Below are positions 53,707 through 64,000 of a stretch of DNA of 64,000 nt, one piece after another. The DNA is from Tubulanus polymorphus (Eukaryota; Animalia; Nemertea): contig NC_134028.1 in assembly GCF_964204645.1 (NCBI RefSeq), positions 17,181,653-17,245,652 on the forward strand. The letters are read 5' to 3'. Position numbers and translations under genes: made by a program. Each line of letters begins with the position of its first letter. Position 1 is the stretch's first letter. Below the pieces are notes generated by a model that saw nothing but the letters and a program-made list of their open reading frames with translations, made no database searches and was not told where the DNA came from.

Positions 53707-55141
53707 TTATTTATTTTTAATCATATTCACTAACCCAAAAATAATTGCACTTACAACTTTCATTAAAAATAAAATAATATGTTCAGCAGCAAAGTTAAGA
53801 ATATTCCCAGCAGATTTCAATATAAAACCAACAATTGATGCAATAACTCCGGGTAAAGCTGCAGCAGATTTTTAGATTGTTCCGATAAATATTTTGCTTA
53901 TTTTTTAAACCATCCTTAACTTTATCTTGTATAGAATTATTATCATTTGATGGTTTATCCGGTTTATTTGGAGTAGGAGCAGATTTCAATGAACTTGTTA
54001 TAGCTAAACCTATTGTTGTAAATACCATAGTTACAGCTGTTAGAATTGAATGAATTGTTATACCTTCTAATTTAAATAATAATCTTATTCTATCTTTTAA
54101 TGATATTTCAGAATTTGGTTTTATCAACAAATCTTTAAAAATAACTTTTAATCTATTAATATTATAATCATATGATTTTAATCATAATTTAATTTCTTCT
54201 TTCTGAAATTCTATGTTATATTCTAAATGATCAATTTCTTTTTCTAAACGTAATTCTTTTTGCCTATATTCTATTTTATCAATTACTTGTCGTTCTAAAT
54301 CAGACTTTAATTGTTCTATTTCTTCATTTGCATTAGTTAATTCTTTTTCTAAAAATATAATTTTAATATCTCTTATACTTTTATTATGTGCAATTTTATC
54401 AGCTTCATTTCTTATTCTAATAATTTTTCTAATTGCTTCATCAGAAAATATATTTAAATCTTCTATTTCTTGATCTGTTGCATCAAGTAACCCATTTTGT
54501 AAAAGTTTTTCAGTTTGAACTTCGGTTGATTTAAGTTTACCAGTTTTAAATTTAATAACTTCTTTAGGAATTGTTTCTGGTTCTAAATTTTCATTAATTA
54601 TCTTCAATAAATCATCATTTCTTCGTTTAAATTCTATTCTATTTAGAGTTACCTCTTCTTCTGTAACATCAGTTATAACATCATTATTGATTTTCTTAAT
54701 TCTAGATTGTTCTAATTTAATTAAAGTTGGTTTTGTTATTATTTTAACGAGACTTTTATTAGAAGATATCTTAAAATAATAGTCATCTTTCAAATGCCAA
54801 TAATAATCGCCATTTAAATATTTCAAATCTTTTACTAAATAATTCATACCCTTTATTAGTTATATTGAAACCAGAATTTTTTAATATTGGTTTAAATTTT
54901 TCAGTTAACTCTTCATATTCTAATTCTTTTTTAATAAACCTGGATTTTCATTTTCAATATCCAATCTTGAACCTGCTTTATTAACATATTCAATAGTATC
55001 AGGTCTTGCTAAATTAGAATTATGTGCTGTTTCATTATCGTTACTAAAACTTGTTTCACTAATTTTAGGTTGTGAATCATCGCTTATATCAGAGGGGTCA
55101 TCTAAAGTATCCACGTCATCCAATGGAATATTTTCTGTCAT
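53707..55141 (-). pseudogene. Long viral ORF broken into three pieces: acidic N-terminus, coiled coil, C-terminal hydrophobic helices
   Basis: Collinear pieces 54920-55141, 54182-54847 (LEKELTNANEEIEQLKSDLE) and 53795-54130 (ITIHSILTAVTMVFTTIGLAI); only the first has the TAAATG start. Confidence 0.55.
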
Positions 55142-56477
55142 TTATATAATAAAAAAATTATACAAGTTATAAATCCTATACAAGTTATAGCTAATTTAGC
55201 ATTTTCATGGGATTTATTATCATCATTAAGTTTAATTATATCATGTTGAATAGGGTGCCATACGGCACCATTATCAGTTTTAATATCACCGTGTGGGTAA
55301 CGTACGGCACCATCTTCTGATGTATTATAATCTTTTATTTTAGAATCATTATTTGATTTAATATTCTTAGTTTTAGTTTCTGTTGATTGAATATGTTTTT
55401 TTATTTTTTTCACCTTCCATTAATTTTGGAGCAGTAATAATCTTTTTATTTATATCATTTAATCCAAATGAATTATATATTGTTGCAGTTTTAATTAGAT
55501 TATTGTAACCAATTATATTTCCCATCTTTAATATTAAATCATTAGAAATAATTAATAGATTAGGGCCTATACAATAATTTAATCTTATATGTGATTTATC
55601 TAAATAATTTTGATATCTTACTATATTTTCTGGAATCGATCTATTCTTATCATTATGAATTGAATCTTCAAATAATACTTTGAATTGTTTCTGCGCATCA
55701 AATGAAGTGTTATCATTTCCAACTATTGGTGATCTTGTTTCAACTTGCGCACCTAAAATACATATCAAATAAGTTCTAATAGATATATTTATTCTTTGTA
55801 TTCCAGCTTTAGTAAACCTTCACTATTTTCTAAAATGAAATTTACCCAACCATTATTATTATCAATTTTATAATTATGATAAGCTCCAATTCTATGCATA
55901 TAATCAATTCTTTTTATTTCATACTGTTCACCAACACCTTGCAATTTACCATGCGCTCTAAAATCGGATTTATATTAAATTCATTACATATTTTATAAAA
56001 CTTAGATAGATTAATATTATTATCCAATTCTTTAAAATATTTCGATCCGGGCAAAGGGCATTCTAATTCATTTAATATAATTCTAATTTGAAAATATGTG
56101 TGAAATCTAAATATTGTGTGAATTAATTTTATATCAGAATAATTCAAATTTTTATCTAAGTTATTTAAATGATCATTCCAACTTATAGCACAACCAGTTG
56201 TTGCACAATAAACAGCAAAATTTAATTGATTCTGCCAATATTTCATATTAGATTTTACTTTATATATATGATATTCATCTCGAGTAAAAGTAACTTCATA
56301 TGTATTAAATATATTTTCCATTTTAGAAATAAAAAACTGTGATTCAGTAACATAAATTTCTAAATTAGTTAATGAATTTAAAACTAAATTTTTATATGAA
56401 ATATCTTTATTAAAATCTATTGCAGGAATATTATATTTAATTGATTTATTATATTGGAAAGCTTTTGGAAACCCCAT
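55138..56477 (-). pseudogene. Viral hypothetical protein with C-terminal TM helix, frameshifted
   Basis: Collinear pieces 55914-56477 (YWQNQLNFAVYCATTGCAIS), 55373-55768 and 55138-55413 (LAITCIGFITCIIFLLYK). Confidence 0.6.
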
Positions 56478-56493
56478 TTTTATAATAAAAAAA

Positions 56494-56928
56494 TTAATAA
56501 TTAACTAATTTTTTTAATAATTTATCCTGTTCTTCATTTGTTATATGACCATTTAAACTTATCATATAATCTAGTGTATTTTTTAATTTATTAATTTCTT
56601 TTATATTAGTTTGAATTTTTTCTTTATTACTTTTTATATTTAATTTTGAACTAATACCAGTTAAAACACTTGAACTTAATCCTAGCACGCCAATTGATAT
56701 AGCTAAAGGTGTTAATGGACTGAAAATTGCTAGAAATGTTATTACAGAACTAATTGTAACTGAACCACTGATAATAAAATAATATATAATTTTACTTTTT
56801 AAATATTTTTTCTTTTTTATCTTTTAGTCACTTTCAAATTCTAATATTTGTTTTTCTAAATATATTTTTAATTTAGTTTTATTTATATCATGAGGAATAA
56901 TATCAATATTATCAACTTTATCATCCAT
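56494..56928 (-). pseudogene. Small two-TM viral protein with one premature stop
   Basis: TAAATG start at 56928 is in frame with ORF 56494-56688; in-frame TAA at 56824-56826; hydrophobic IIYYFIISGSVTISSVITFLAIF...LAISIGVLGL. Confidence 0.6.
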
Positions 56929-56949
56929 TTATTTAGCAGAAAAAAATTA

Positions 56950-57372
56950 CTAATTAGTAAATTTATATGCTAAAAATATAACAATAACTGTTCCACCTAA
57001 AATCCAAATCATTTCATATTTCTGTTGTTCTTTACTTGGGGTATAATAATCTGATAATTTAGGTTTGTATAGATGTAATTTTTCTTTATTGGTTACCGCG
57101 TTATATAAACTCATTGCATCATCGACTGATTGAAAATCTCTATGTGAAATCTTCTGATCATGTAATTCTTTATTGATGTAATCCATAGAGTTTTGTCTCT
57201 TTTCTCTATATTCTTCTGCTGCTTTATTGTATTTCTCTAATGCTAAGTTATGTCTTTTTTGTTCTGATAATGATCCATTTTTATCAATATGCTTAAATAA
57301 ATATCCACCACCAGTAAATGTTAAAGCGTTAACTATTGCTGACCCTATTATAGTTATAATTGCAGAAGCCAT
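56950..57372 (-). CDS. Viral hypothetical membrane protein (140 aa)
   Basis: Open ORF; hydrophobic N-terminus (MASAIITIIGSAIVNALTFTGGGYLF), helical middle, C-terminal TM (MIWILGGTVIVIFLAY); TAAATG start. Confidence 0.7.
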   Translation of the reverse strand: MASAIITIIGSAIVNALTFTGGGYLFKHIDKNGSLSEQKRHNLALEKYNKAAEEYREKRQNSMDYINKELHDQKISHRDFQSVDDAMSLYNAVTNKEKLHLYKPKLSDYYTPSKEQQKYEMIWILGGTVIVIFLAYKFTN

Positions 57373-57620
57373 TTATTTAACAAAAAAATTATGCACTTCT
57401 TATATGGGAGGAATATTTTTTGTTTTTCCAAATAATCAATAGTTAAATTAGATGAATTAACCGCTAATGTTAATTTCAAAATATCATTGATATCAAATCT
57501 ATCAACATTAACACTTCCCATTTTAAATACTTTTTTTAATACCATTGAATAACCAACAATTCCAACTGATAGTAAGGCCCCATTATATAATCCAGTTATT
57601 ATCCACTTATTATCACTCAT
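57354..57620 (-). CDS. Small hydrophobic viral protein (3' end possibly frameshifted)
   Basis: TAAATG start; WIITGLYNGALLSVGIVGYSMVL hydrophobic segment; first gene of the cluster. Confidence 0.6.
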   Translation of the reverse strand: MSDNKWIITGLYNGALLSVGIVGYSMVLKKVFKMGSVNVDRFDINDILKLTLAVNSSNLTIDYLEKQKIFLPYKKCIIFLLNKWLLQL

Positions 57621-57639
57621 TTATTAATAAAAAAAATTA
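57618..57639 (-). promoter_or_regulatory. Representative TAATTTTTTT-(5-6 nt)-TAAATG intergenic motif
   Basis: Same motif precedes the starts at 57620, 57372, 56928, 56477 (AAAATG variant), 55141 and 53686, with a variant at 46923/50738. The motif is directly visible; function is inferred. Confidence 0.65.
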
Positions 57640-59934
57640 CTATCTTCAAAATATTTAGTTATCTTAGTGATGAAACCTTTTTAACACATTATTATTCGAA
57701 AATGGTTTTATTAAATTCATGGAATCAATTGTAAAGCTGAAAAAAGAAAAACGGTTATGCTTCGGTCAAGGGAATGATAGATAAATTGTTACCTAGCAGT
57801 GCGGGTTTGCATAGAACGTGTGATTCAGCTGTTAGCACTGACCGAGGCTACAATATTGTAGCCTAGGTCGGTTCACTGCATGACCTTTGCTTGCGATTAC
57901 TGGCCCAACTCCAGTCGGTTGTTTTTACAGTATTTGAAGTACTGTCTAATTGGATGTTACCATAAATAAACAGTATTTTGAAGATGTGGGGACAGAGAGA
58001 ATCTGTTTTTTATTTCGTCTTGAGAAGGTCCTACTGTTCGCTATTCTGTGTCAAAATATGAATTGAAATATAAGGGATGGAGTTAGTTTCCTTTCCCGAT
58101 ACTGTATTTATGCTTTTAATCATGAAGGATAATTGTGTTATAACAATTATAGTGATAACCTACGACAGTTTCCAATTCACGTATTAGAAGACGACAATTA
58201 TCTCTGAATTCCAAATTTCATTTGGAAAGCGGCGTTTATGCGCACAATTCCTAATATGTCAGAATTCCGAAAACTAGGGATTCACACGGTTAGAATGTTA
58301 ACTAAATAAGTTTCATCCGAGCAACGGCAAAACTTCACGGGTTGGTGCGGTCTGTGCGCTGCATGAACGGGTTTTTGGTATCAAATGTAAAATACCGGCC
58401 TTGTACATGTTCGGATTTGTACCAATACATTGAGTTTAGTTCAATTTTTGGATCATTATAGTTTAGGAGCTCTGTGTGACGTCACTTGAGTGCGCTGATC
58501 AAAAATAGTCTGCACACTGTGAGCATGTTGCTTGGTTTTAAAGGACAGTGTGCTAATTGACTATACATGAAAATGGGCTTGACCAAAATTTTCTTCCTGA
58601 CAGAGGAATGTATAATCGCACTGATATAGCTGTCTTGCTAGGTTGAAGGGTGTTTGAACTTCGCCGCTATATTTAGGTTATTTTTCAGTACGTTTTAAAA
58701 TTACATTGAATTCATCGTTCGAGGTCAATGATGGCGCAAAACAATTTAAATTGAGTTCAGTTGGGAGAATATTCCCTTACTTTAGGGTTATTTTGTATTT
58801 TATGAATCAAGAAATTATTTACAATGAACTAATTTTCCGCTAGCAGCAAAACAACACACTGTTATCTGAACTGTCAATCATTACGTCGTGTCTAGTTTAA
58901 CAAGTAGATATAGACTAAAAAGATATGCGTGATTTCCACGCGAGAACCAAACAAGACGGTTGTTAGTAGACGTACTCAAGTTGGATGGCCAGGAGTCAAC
59001 AACGGTTAAAATAATTTATAAAAACAGATGTAAGCAGTTGTAAACTTGTGAAAGAGGAAATATCTACATATATACACAATTGTGTTTAACTTTCTCCTGT
59101 CTGGTTTTATGTTAAATATATCCCGATTTTGTTTGAATAAATATTCAATATCGATCCGGAAGAGCAATGCGGCCAACAACATTTTATTTTGAGTTTGAAA
59201 AAATGACCTGTTGACTCGGTAAGACGGCTGTTCGATTTACCGGGTGCGCATTACTATGTTTTAAATGGCTATGAAAACGGAGTCATCCAAGTACAGCAAT
59301 TAAGCTAGATGTCTCGTTTCCCTCACAGATGACAAATATCAGAATCAGTTTTCTCAAAATCTGTTTCTTACCGAAGTCCTTGATTCGTGCTTGAATATGT
59401 ACGTAAGATTTTACAAATGAACACAAAGATATAACAAGAATTGAGGTCTTGGTTATTCGGTGACAAGTCGAATCGTTTGGAACTAAGAAAAATCCTCAGA
59501 CTTAGAAAAGTCTGGCTAAAGTTGAATTTCCTAAAAGTACGACTACTAATTGTTTCTGTTATCGAAATTAAATCAACATCAACATCTAATGTATCAATTG
59601 ATACGAAACAGTTTTAGGATCGTAGATTGATTGAAAGTTACGGGGAGGGAGGGGTAGCTCTATCGCATTAAAACATTATTGCTCAGTTATACAGATGGCA
59701 TTCATCCATTTACCTCAAACAACAAACACACTTCTGCGCAGAAAATTACCAAGGCTGCTTAATTATGTATTTTATTGATACAGACAATAAAATCGCTGTC
59801 CGCGTTTTGTCCCCTTGCTTAAGTCACTTACATTTGTTTTCTAATACAAATTAATACAGGTCAGCAAAATTTAACGGCTTTCACCGTTGAGTAGTAGCCT
59901 ATCTGTCATGAGGCCTGATCATGCAGGGGTCATC

Positions 59935-60027
59935 CCACTAGTCCGGGGGTCCACTAGTCCGGGGGTCCACTAGGCCGGGGGTCCACTAGTCCGGGGGTCC
60001 ACTAGTCCGGGGGTCCACTAGTCCGGG
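59935..60027. repeat. Left TIR tandem array (CCACTAGTCCGGGGGT, about 6 copies)
   Basis: Directly visible 16-bp repeat; inverted counterpart at 62476-62566. Confidence 0.93.
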
Positions 60028-60393
60028 ATTAGCTTTGATCACTTGTTTTTGCTATCCAGGGATGCTTTATGTCAAATGTGTCTCGGTGTACCGGTAGACA
60101 TATTTTTCTCTCCGCATCAGGTCCTAAAACAGCCATTAGATTTTGCCAAATATGAAATTGCGACTATTATATTTTTCAAAACGTAATATAAACCTGTATA
60201 ATGTAGTTTCTATATTCAGTGAGCGTAATTACATGTACATGTATTTACAACCAATAATTAAAAGAAAATCAAATGAAAAACCACACAAACACCAGTCAGT
60301 CGAATTACGGTAACCAGAGAATCACATCACCAGTTGATTATTGACATATCGTCCTTATTTTTATATGGTAAAAACCATTTTTTGCAAAAAATT

Positions 60394-62237
60394 CTAGAAG
60401 TCGGCTATCAGATGGCTAACTGCTCTCCAGTAGTTACTGGCATCTCTATCACCATCCTCATACTCTCTTTTGAGTCTGCGGAGACGTGTTTCCAAGTTGC
60501 GCCATTTGCGACGTCGCACAGTGGGATCGCCACCTCTGTTCATTTGGGCAATACTATTTGCCGTCTGTGCCTGTAGATCTTTCAGATGCCGTATGAGGAT
60601 CCATAAGTTTGGATGTCGGACTTGTACCTGGTCATTCCATCGCCTGTGAAATGCTGAAAATAGCATTTTGTGTTTAAGTGAATATGCAGTCGAACCCCGA
60701 TAGTACGATTCGGCTTACGACAAAACTCGCGGTATAAATTGTGTCGTATTACCAGGATTTTCGCACTATCCCCTTTCTAAACAAATATTTTGATGCGAGT
60801 TTGTATTGACTTTGGTTGGGACGGACGAAAATCGTCCTTATCTATGATAAATAGGAATCCCGTGGTTGTCCTATTAGACTGTATAAGGTGGCATGTTCAT
60901 CCAAAGTACCATAAAAATTAGGATTTTAATAACCTGTCTGATTGCATATGGATCTAGGATTTTTTCTTAATTATCAGGATTATCATAATATAACAAGGCG
61001 CAAAGCACGTACTATTAAAATTGCGCATGACATTTAGTAGATTTAAGGAAAAACCAAGCCCTTTACCTTCAGCATTGTTATTGGTACGGCAATCCATGTT
61101 TCGCTCGTACACATTCCATAGTGGTATTGGAAACTGGCCATTTATGTACGTGTTTTCTACATAAAACAGGAAATCATCAAGGGTCGGGTATTGTCTGATC
61201 GCTCTTCTTTTTGAATTTCTGTTTAGTAGCAGGCGAAAATTATTTCGAACTATTGCGACTGGCAAAAAGCCCAATGACATTACTTTCCGTACAATTTTAC
61301 GAAGTCTGTTATCTTGCCTATATGCTCTCACAAGTCCAAGCAACTTGACATGTCGCCATAAAGCTTGGTTAAAGTGGAAATAGCAACCACCAATGTTCGT
61401 CTGAGCGAGTTCTGTTTCTACAGCCGTTATCAACGCAAGCTCAAAGTCACACACTATCATATTTGGTCGCCATCTACGATTACTTGCTCTTCTAACTTCG
61501 CGTTTTAAGACCTGTATTATCTGACGATAATGAGCAATTTCACGGTTAACAGTAAGTGCGACAACTAGCGGGAGGACACGCCCATGATAGTCACCCAGAA
61601 CTGTGAAAACTTGTTGATACGGTCTTGGGGCGGTTCTAAACGTGCCGTCCATATACAATGTGTTACTTACATTTAGTGCCCGTAGATTTCGATCGGCTCC
61701 AAATATAAGGATTCCCCAATCGTTATCTTGGTGTAGCAAAAATCGCCTGCCATTCCAACATCGGGCCCATTCACCTGCGACATTAACAGAGTCTATATCA
61801 TGTGGTATTTCGGGCATATGCTTAGTTTTTATTCTTGCAATTGCCGATCTCACCGACTTGAACGCGGGAATATCGCGATCCCCACCACCTTGTTGGTGCA
61901 GCCTAGATATTTCTTGGTCATAAACTCTTTTAACAGGTTTTGTGGGATCAGTGCGGACTTCATTTTTTAGTGTATTTGAAAATTCGCCCGCCTCAATCAC
62001 CGCATCGTCGTGGCCATGATTATGTTCATCTGGACCGTCTAAAACTGTGATATTGCCGGGGTCACCGTCGTCTCTATTGAAATTGTTTGTTTTCAGCTTG
62101 GATCGGCAGTCTTTCCGCCAGCATCGCCAGAGCATGCACTCGCTCAGTTGCCTATTAAAATGGTACTTGTAGCCTTCGTTAATCAGAATTTTGCCAATAC
62201 CCCTACTTCCAGTGGATAGTCGCGGTCTCTGAGCCAT
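60394..62237 (-). CDS. FLYWCH + MULE DDE transposase, two exons (62237-61067, 60653-60394), 476 aa predicted
   Basis: FLYWCH (YKYHFN...WRCWRKDC...HNH), YMDGTF, IVCDFE, GCYFHF (CxxH), RTNNNAE; a GT..AG intron 61066-60654 joins NNAE to AFHRRWN...HPNLW in frame. Confidence 0.9.
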
Positions 62238-62475
62238 ATCGTACACTCGGTCAACACGTTTAATACGAGAATGGCAGAGATACTCGCATTACTGAGAAAC
62301 AACATCATTGGGAACATATAGATTGTCTTAATTTCCCACGCTCCTGACAACTAATAATAGGCGAACGTCATGAGAATTTATTTAAAAAATGTATTTAATT
62401 TCAATTGTTGTCCGGTGTGTTCTTACATTAACTGTATAGCATACCGGAACTTTCATTTAGGTTTAAAATCCAATC

Positions 62476-62566
62476 CCGGACCAATGAACCCCCGGACCAA
62501 TGAACCCCGGACCAATGAACCCCCGGACTAGTGAACCCCCGGACCAATGAACCCCCGGACTAGTGG
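62476..62566. repeat. Right TIR tandem array (CCCGGACCAATGAACC / CCCGGACTAGTGAACC, about 6 copies)
   Basis: Directly visible 16-bp repeat, diverged reverse complement of the left array. Confidence 0.92.
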
Positions 62567-63554
62567 TACGCTCCCATCATGCACATGTGTTATATTAGAA
62601 ATACAATATGACTTTTCAATTTTTTAGGCGAAACGTTGCCTTTAATAAATTCCCCGCGTCTTGATTTTCTTGAGATATTTCCCTTGATTGTTAAAACAAC
62701 ATCAAATCATCCTGTCTCAAAAAGTATGAAATCTAGGCTGAAATATGTAGCCTTAAATTTGGAATTGGATGAAATGTTCAAAATAAGCCATTCGACCCTG
62801 TTATCAGACATATCAGTGTTCTTTAAAACACTTGTTAAATATCGGAGGATTTTTAAGCCGAGCTTCAAACATTTCGATTCCTGAACTAAAATTATTATGT
62901 GACATGTAATTATCCAAGACTATATGACTATGAATATGTTTTAGGTGACTGTTTAAGCTGTTCCTTTTATCCGGGAAGGATTTGTTTCAATCGCACTTTT
63001 AAGATATCAACTATGAAAAGTAACGGTATCGAGTGATCGCTGGCAGATTTAGCAGTTAAAATCGCCACACGTGTTAAATGTTTGCATTGATACAGGCGAT
63101 TAAAGAGGGACACATGGCATCCACTGCATATAAAACAGTAGATAGATTTCTGGAGATTTAAAGTTTGGATGCTCTGATAAACTCTATCAGCTGTTGGTTG
63201 GTTAAAGCATAGCAGTGCTAAATTTCTATGGTTATAGTACATTGCAGGTTACCCAAATGATTCGCCTGCTGCCTGAATAAACCTGGTACCTACGAGCATG
63301 GACTCGTTTAGATGGATGTCTGGACGTTATAGTACAGTGTTCATGACTATAGACCCGGGTGACCCGAATTCCCCACCTGCCTGAAAATCTCATAGCGGAG
63401 GTAACGCGTATATCTTTGCTGCACACCGATCTCCTTGAAAGGTCAAAATGCTATTTTTGTGAAGAAGTACACGGGCCTCTCCATCTGATACTTTTAACAC
63501 AGGGTACATAAATATTTAACTAATACTTTTAAACAAGATTTCTTCAGAATAAAA

Positions 63555-64000
63555 ACTACGTCCAAATATCTGGCTAAAGTACTCCCCGGCTCTGGGTACT
63601 TTTTCTGATTCTCACATTAGGCACAATATGGATCTTTTAGACAAACTCAAAAATCTCAAACCTGATGGCCAAAAATTTATATCTTTCGACGCTATATCCT
63701 TGTTTACAAATATACCATTGGAACCAACTCTCAATTTATTAAGAAGAAAACTCCCGGACTACAATCTTGATCTCCCGATTCCATGAACAAATTTTCGGTT
63801 TCGCTATGGGTAACCCATTATCCCCCATTTTGGCTAATCTTTTCCTTGAACATTTTTGAATCCGAAATTCTTCCCAATTACGCTGGCTCTAAACCTAACT
63901 TTTGGATTTGATGACATTCTGTGCTTAGTTTCTGATGATTTTGATCTTAACTCTTTTATTGACTTCATCAACTCTCAATATCCATCTTTGAAATTCACAT
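63555..64000 (+). pseudogene. Penelope-like element reverse transcriptase fragment (deleted and frameshifted; runs off the window)
   Basis: Manual translation gives FISFDAISLFTNIP (about 63676-63717), GFAMGNPLSPILANLF (about 63797-63845), W..DDILCL and FINSQYPSLKFT, typical PLE RT motifs. Confidence 0.85.

Larger units (their letters stand above)
49881..57700 (-). mobile_element. Polinton/adintovirus-like endogenous viral element, copy B (about 7.8 kb, about 10 co-oriented genes, decayed)
   Basis: All genes on the - strand, tightly packed, very AT-rich; includes integrase, ATPase remnant, putative capsid and five additional upstream genes; boundaries approximate. Confidence 0.85.
59926..62575 (-). 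mobile_element. Mutator-superfamily (MULE, Phantom-like) DNA transposon, apparently full length
   Basis: 8-bp TSD ATCATGCA (59918-59925 and 62576-62583); ends GGGGTCATCCCACTAGTCC and GGACTAGTGGTACGCTCCC; TIRs built of tandem 16-mers; internal transposase. Confidence 0.93.

Noticed and set aside
60687-60760. Possible pogo/Tigger-type TIR start (CAGTCGAACCCCGATA) inside the MULE intron
   Set aside because: No matching inverted end or TA duplication found.
60954-61066. C-terminal tail of the 430-aa ORF (GKGLGFSLNLL...)
   Set aside because: Read-through into the intron; the conserved MULE sequence continues in exon 2 at 60653.
47694-61923. Antisense or overlapping small ORFs (47694, 47717, 48251, 48432, 49983, 52142, 57227, 60334, 61642)
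   Set aside because: Shadows of better-supported genes on the other strand or frame; no recognisable motifs.
62636-63426. Short ORFs 62636-62884, 62967-63242 and 63232-63426
   Set aside because: Non-ATG starts, no recognisable motifs; probably degenerate repeat or intergenic DNA.

Overview
Eukaryotic (probably invertebrate animal) repeat-rich, heterochromatin-like window with no ordinary host gene. 1-40.7 kb is one tandem satellite of about 1,300 copies of a 31-bp monomer (TTTTGGTTTT[G/A]TCGCCCGCGACAATTCATTA) with an internal 7-bp dyad and kilobase-scale higher-order duplications; the many + strand ORFs there are artefacts. Near its edge the array is interrupted by a 1.45-kb non-autonomous Helentron/HINE-like element carrying about five 150-bp repeats (each with a CTCF-like motif) and a 5' U6 snRNA fragment. 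From 43.4 to 57.7 kb lie two decayed, tail-to-tail inverted copies of an AT-rich Polinton/adintovirus-like endogenous virus: chromodomain DDE integrase, A32/FtsK-type packaging ATPase, putative capsid protein and several small membrane proteins. No pPolB or protease is visible in the window. Almost every viral gene starts at TAAATG, often just after a TAA-TTTTTNT tract, which resembles poxvirus transcription signals. A GC-richer 2-kb spacer with an SGNH-hydrolase-like ORF separates the two copies. The right end has an apparently intact intron-containing FLYWCH-MULE transposon and a Penelope-like RT remnant. All protein calls come from motif recognition by eye, not from database searches.
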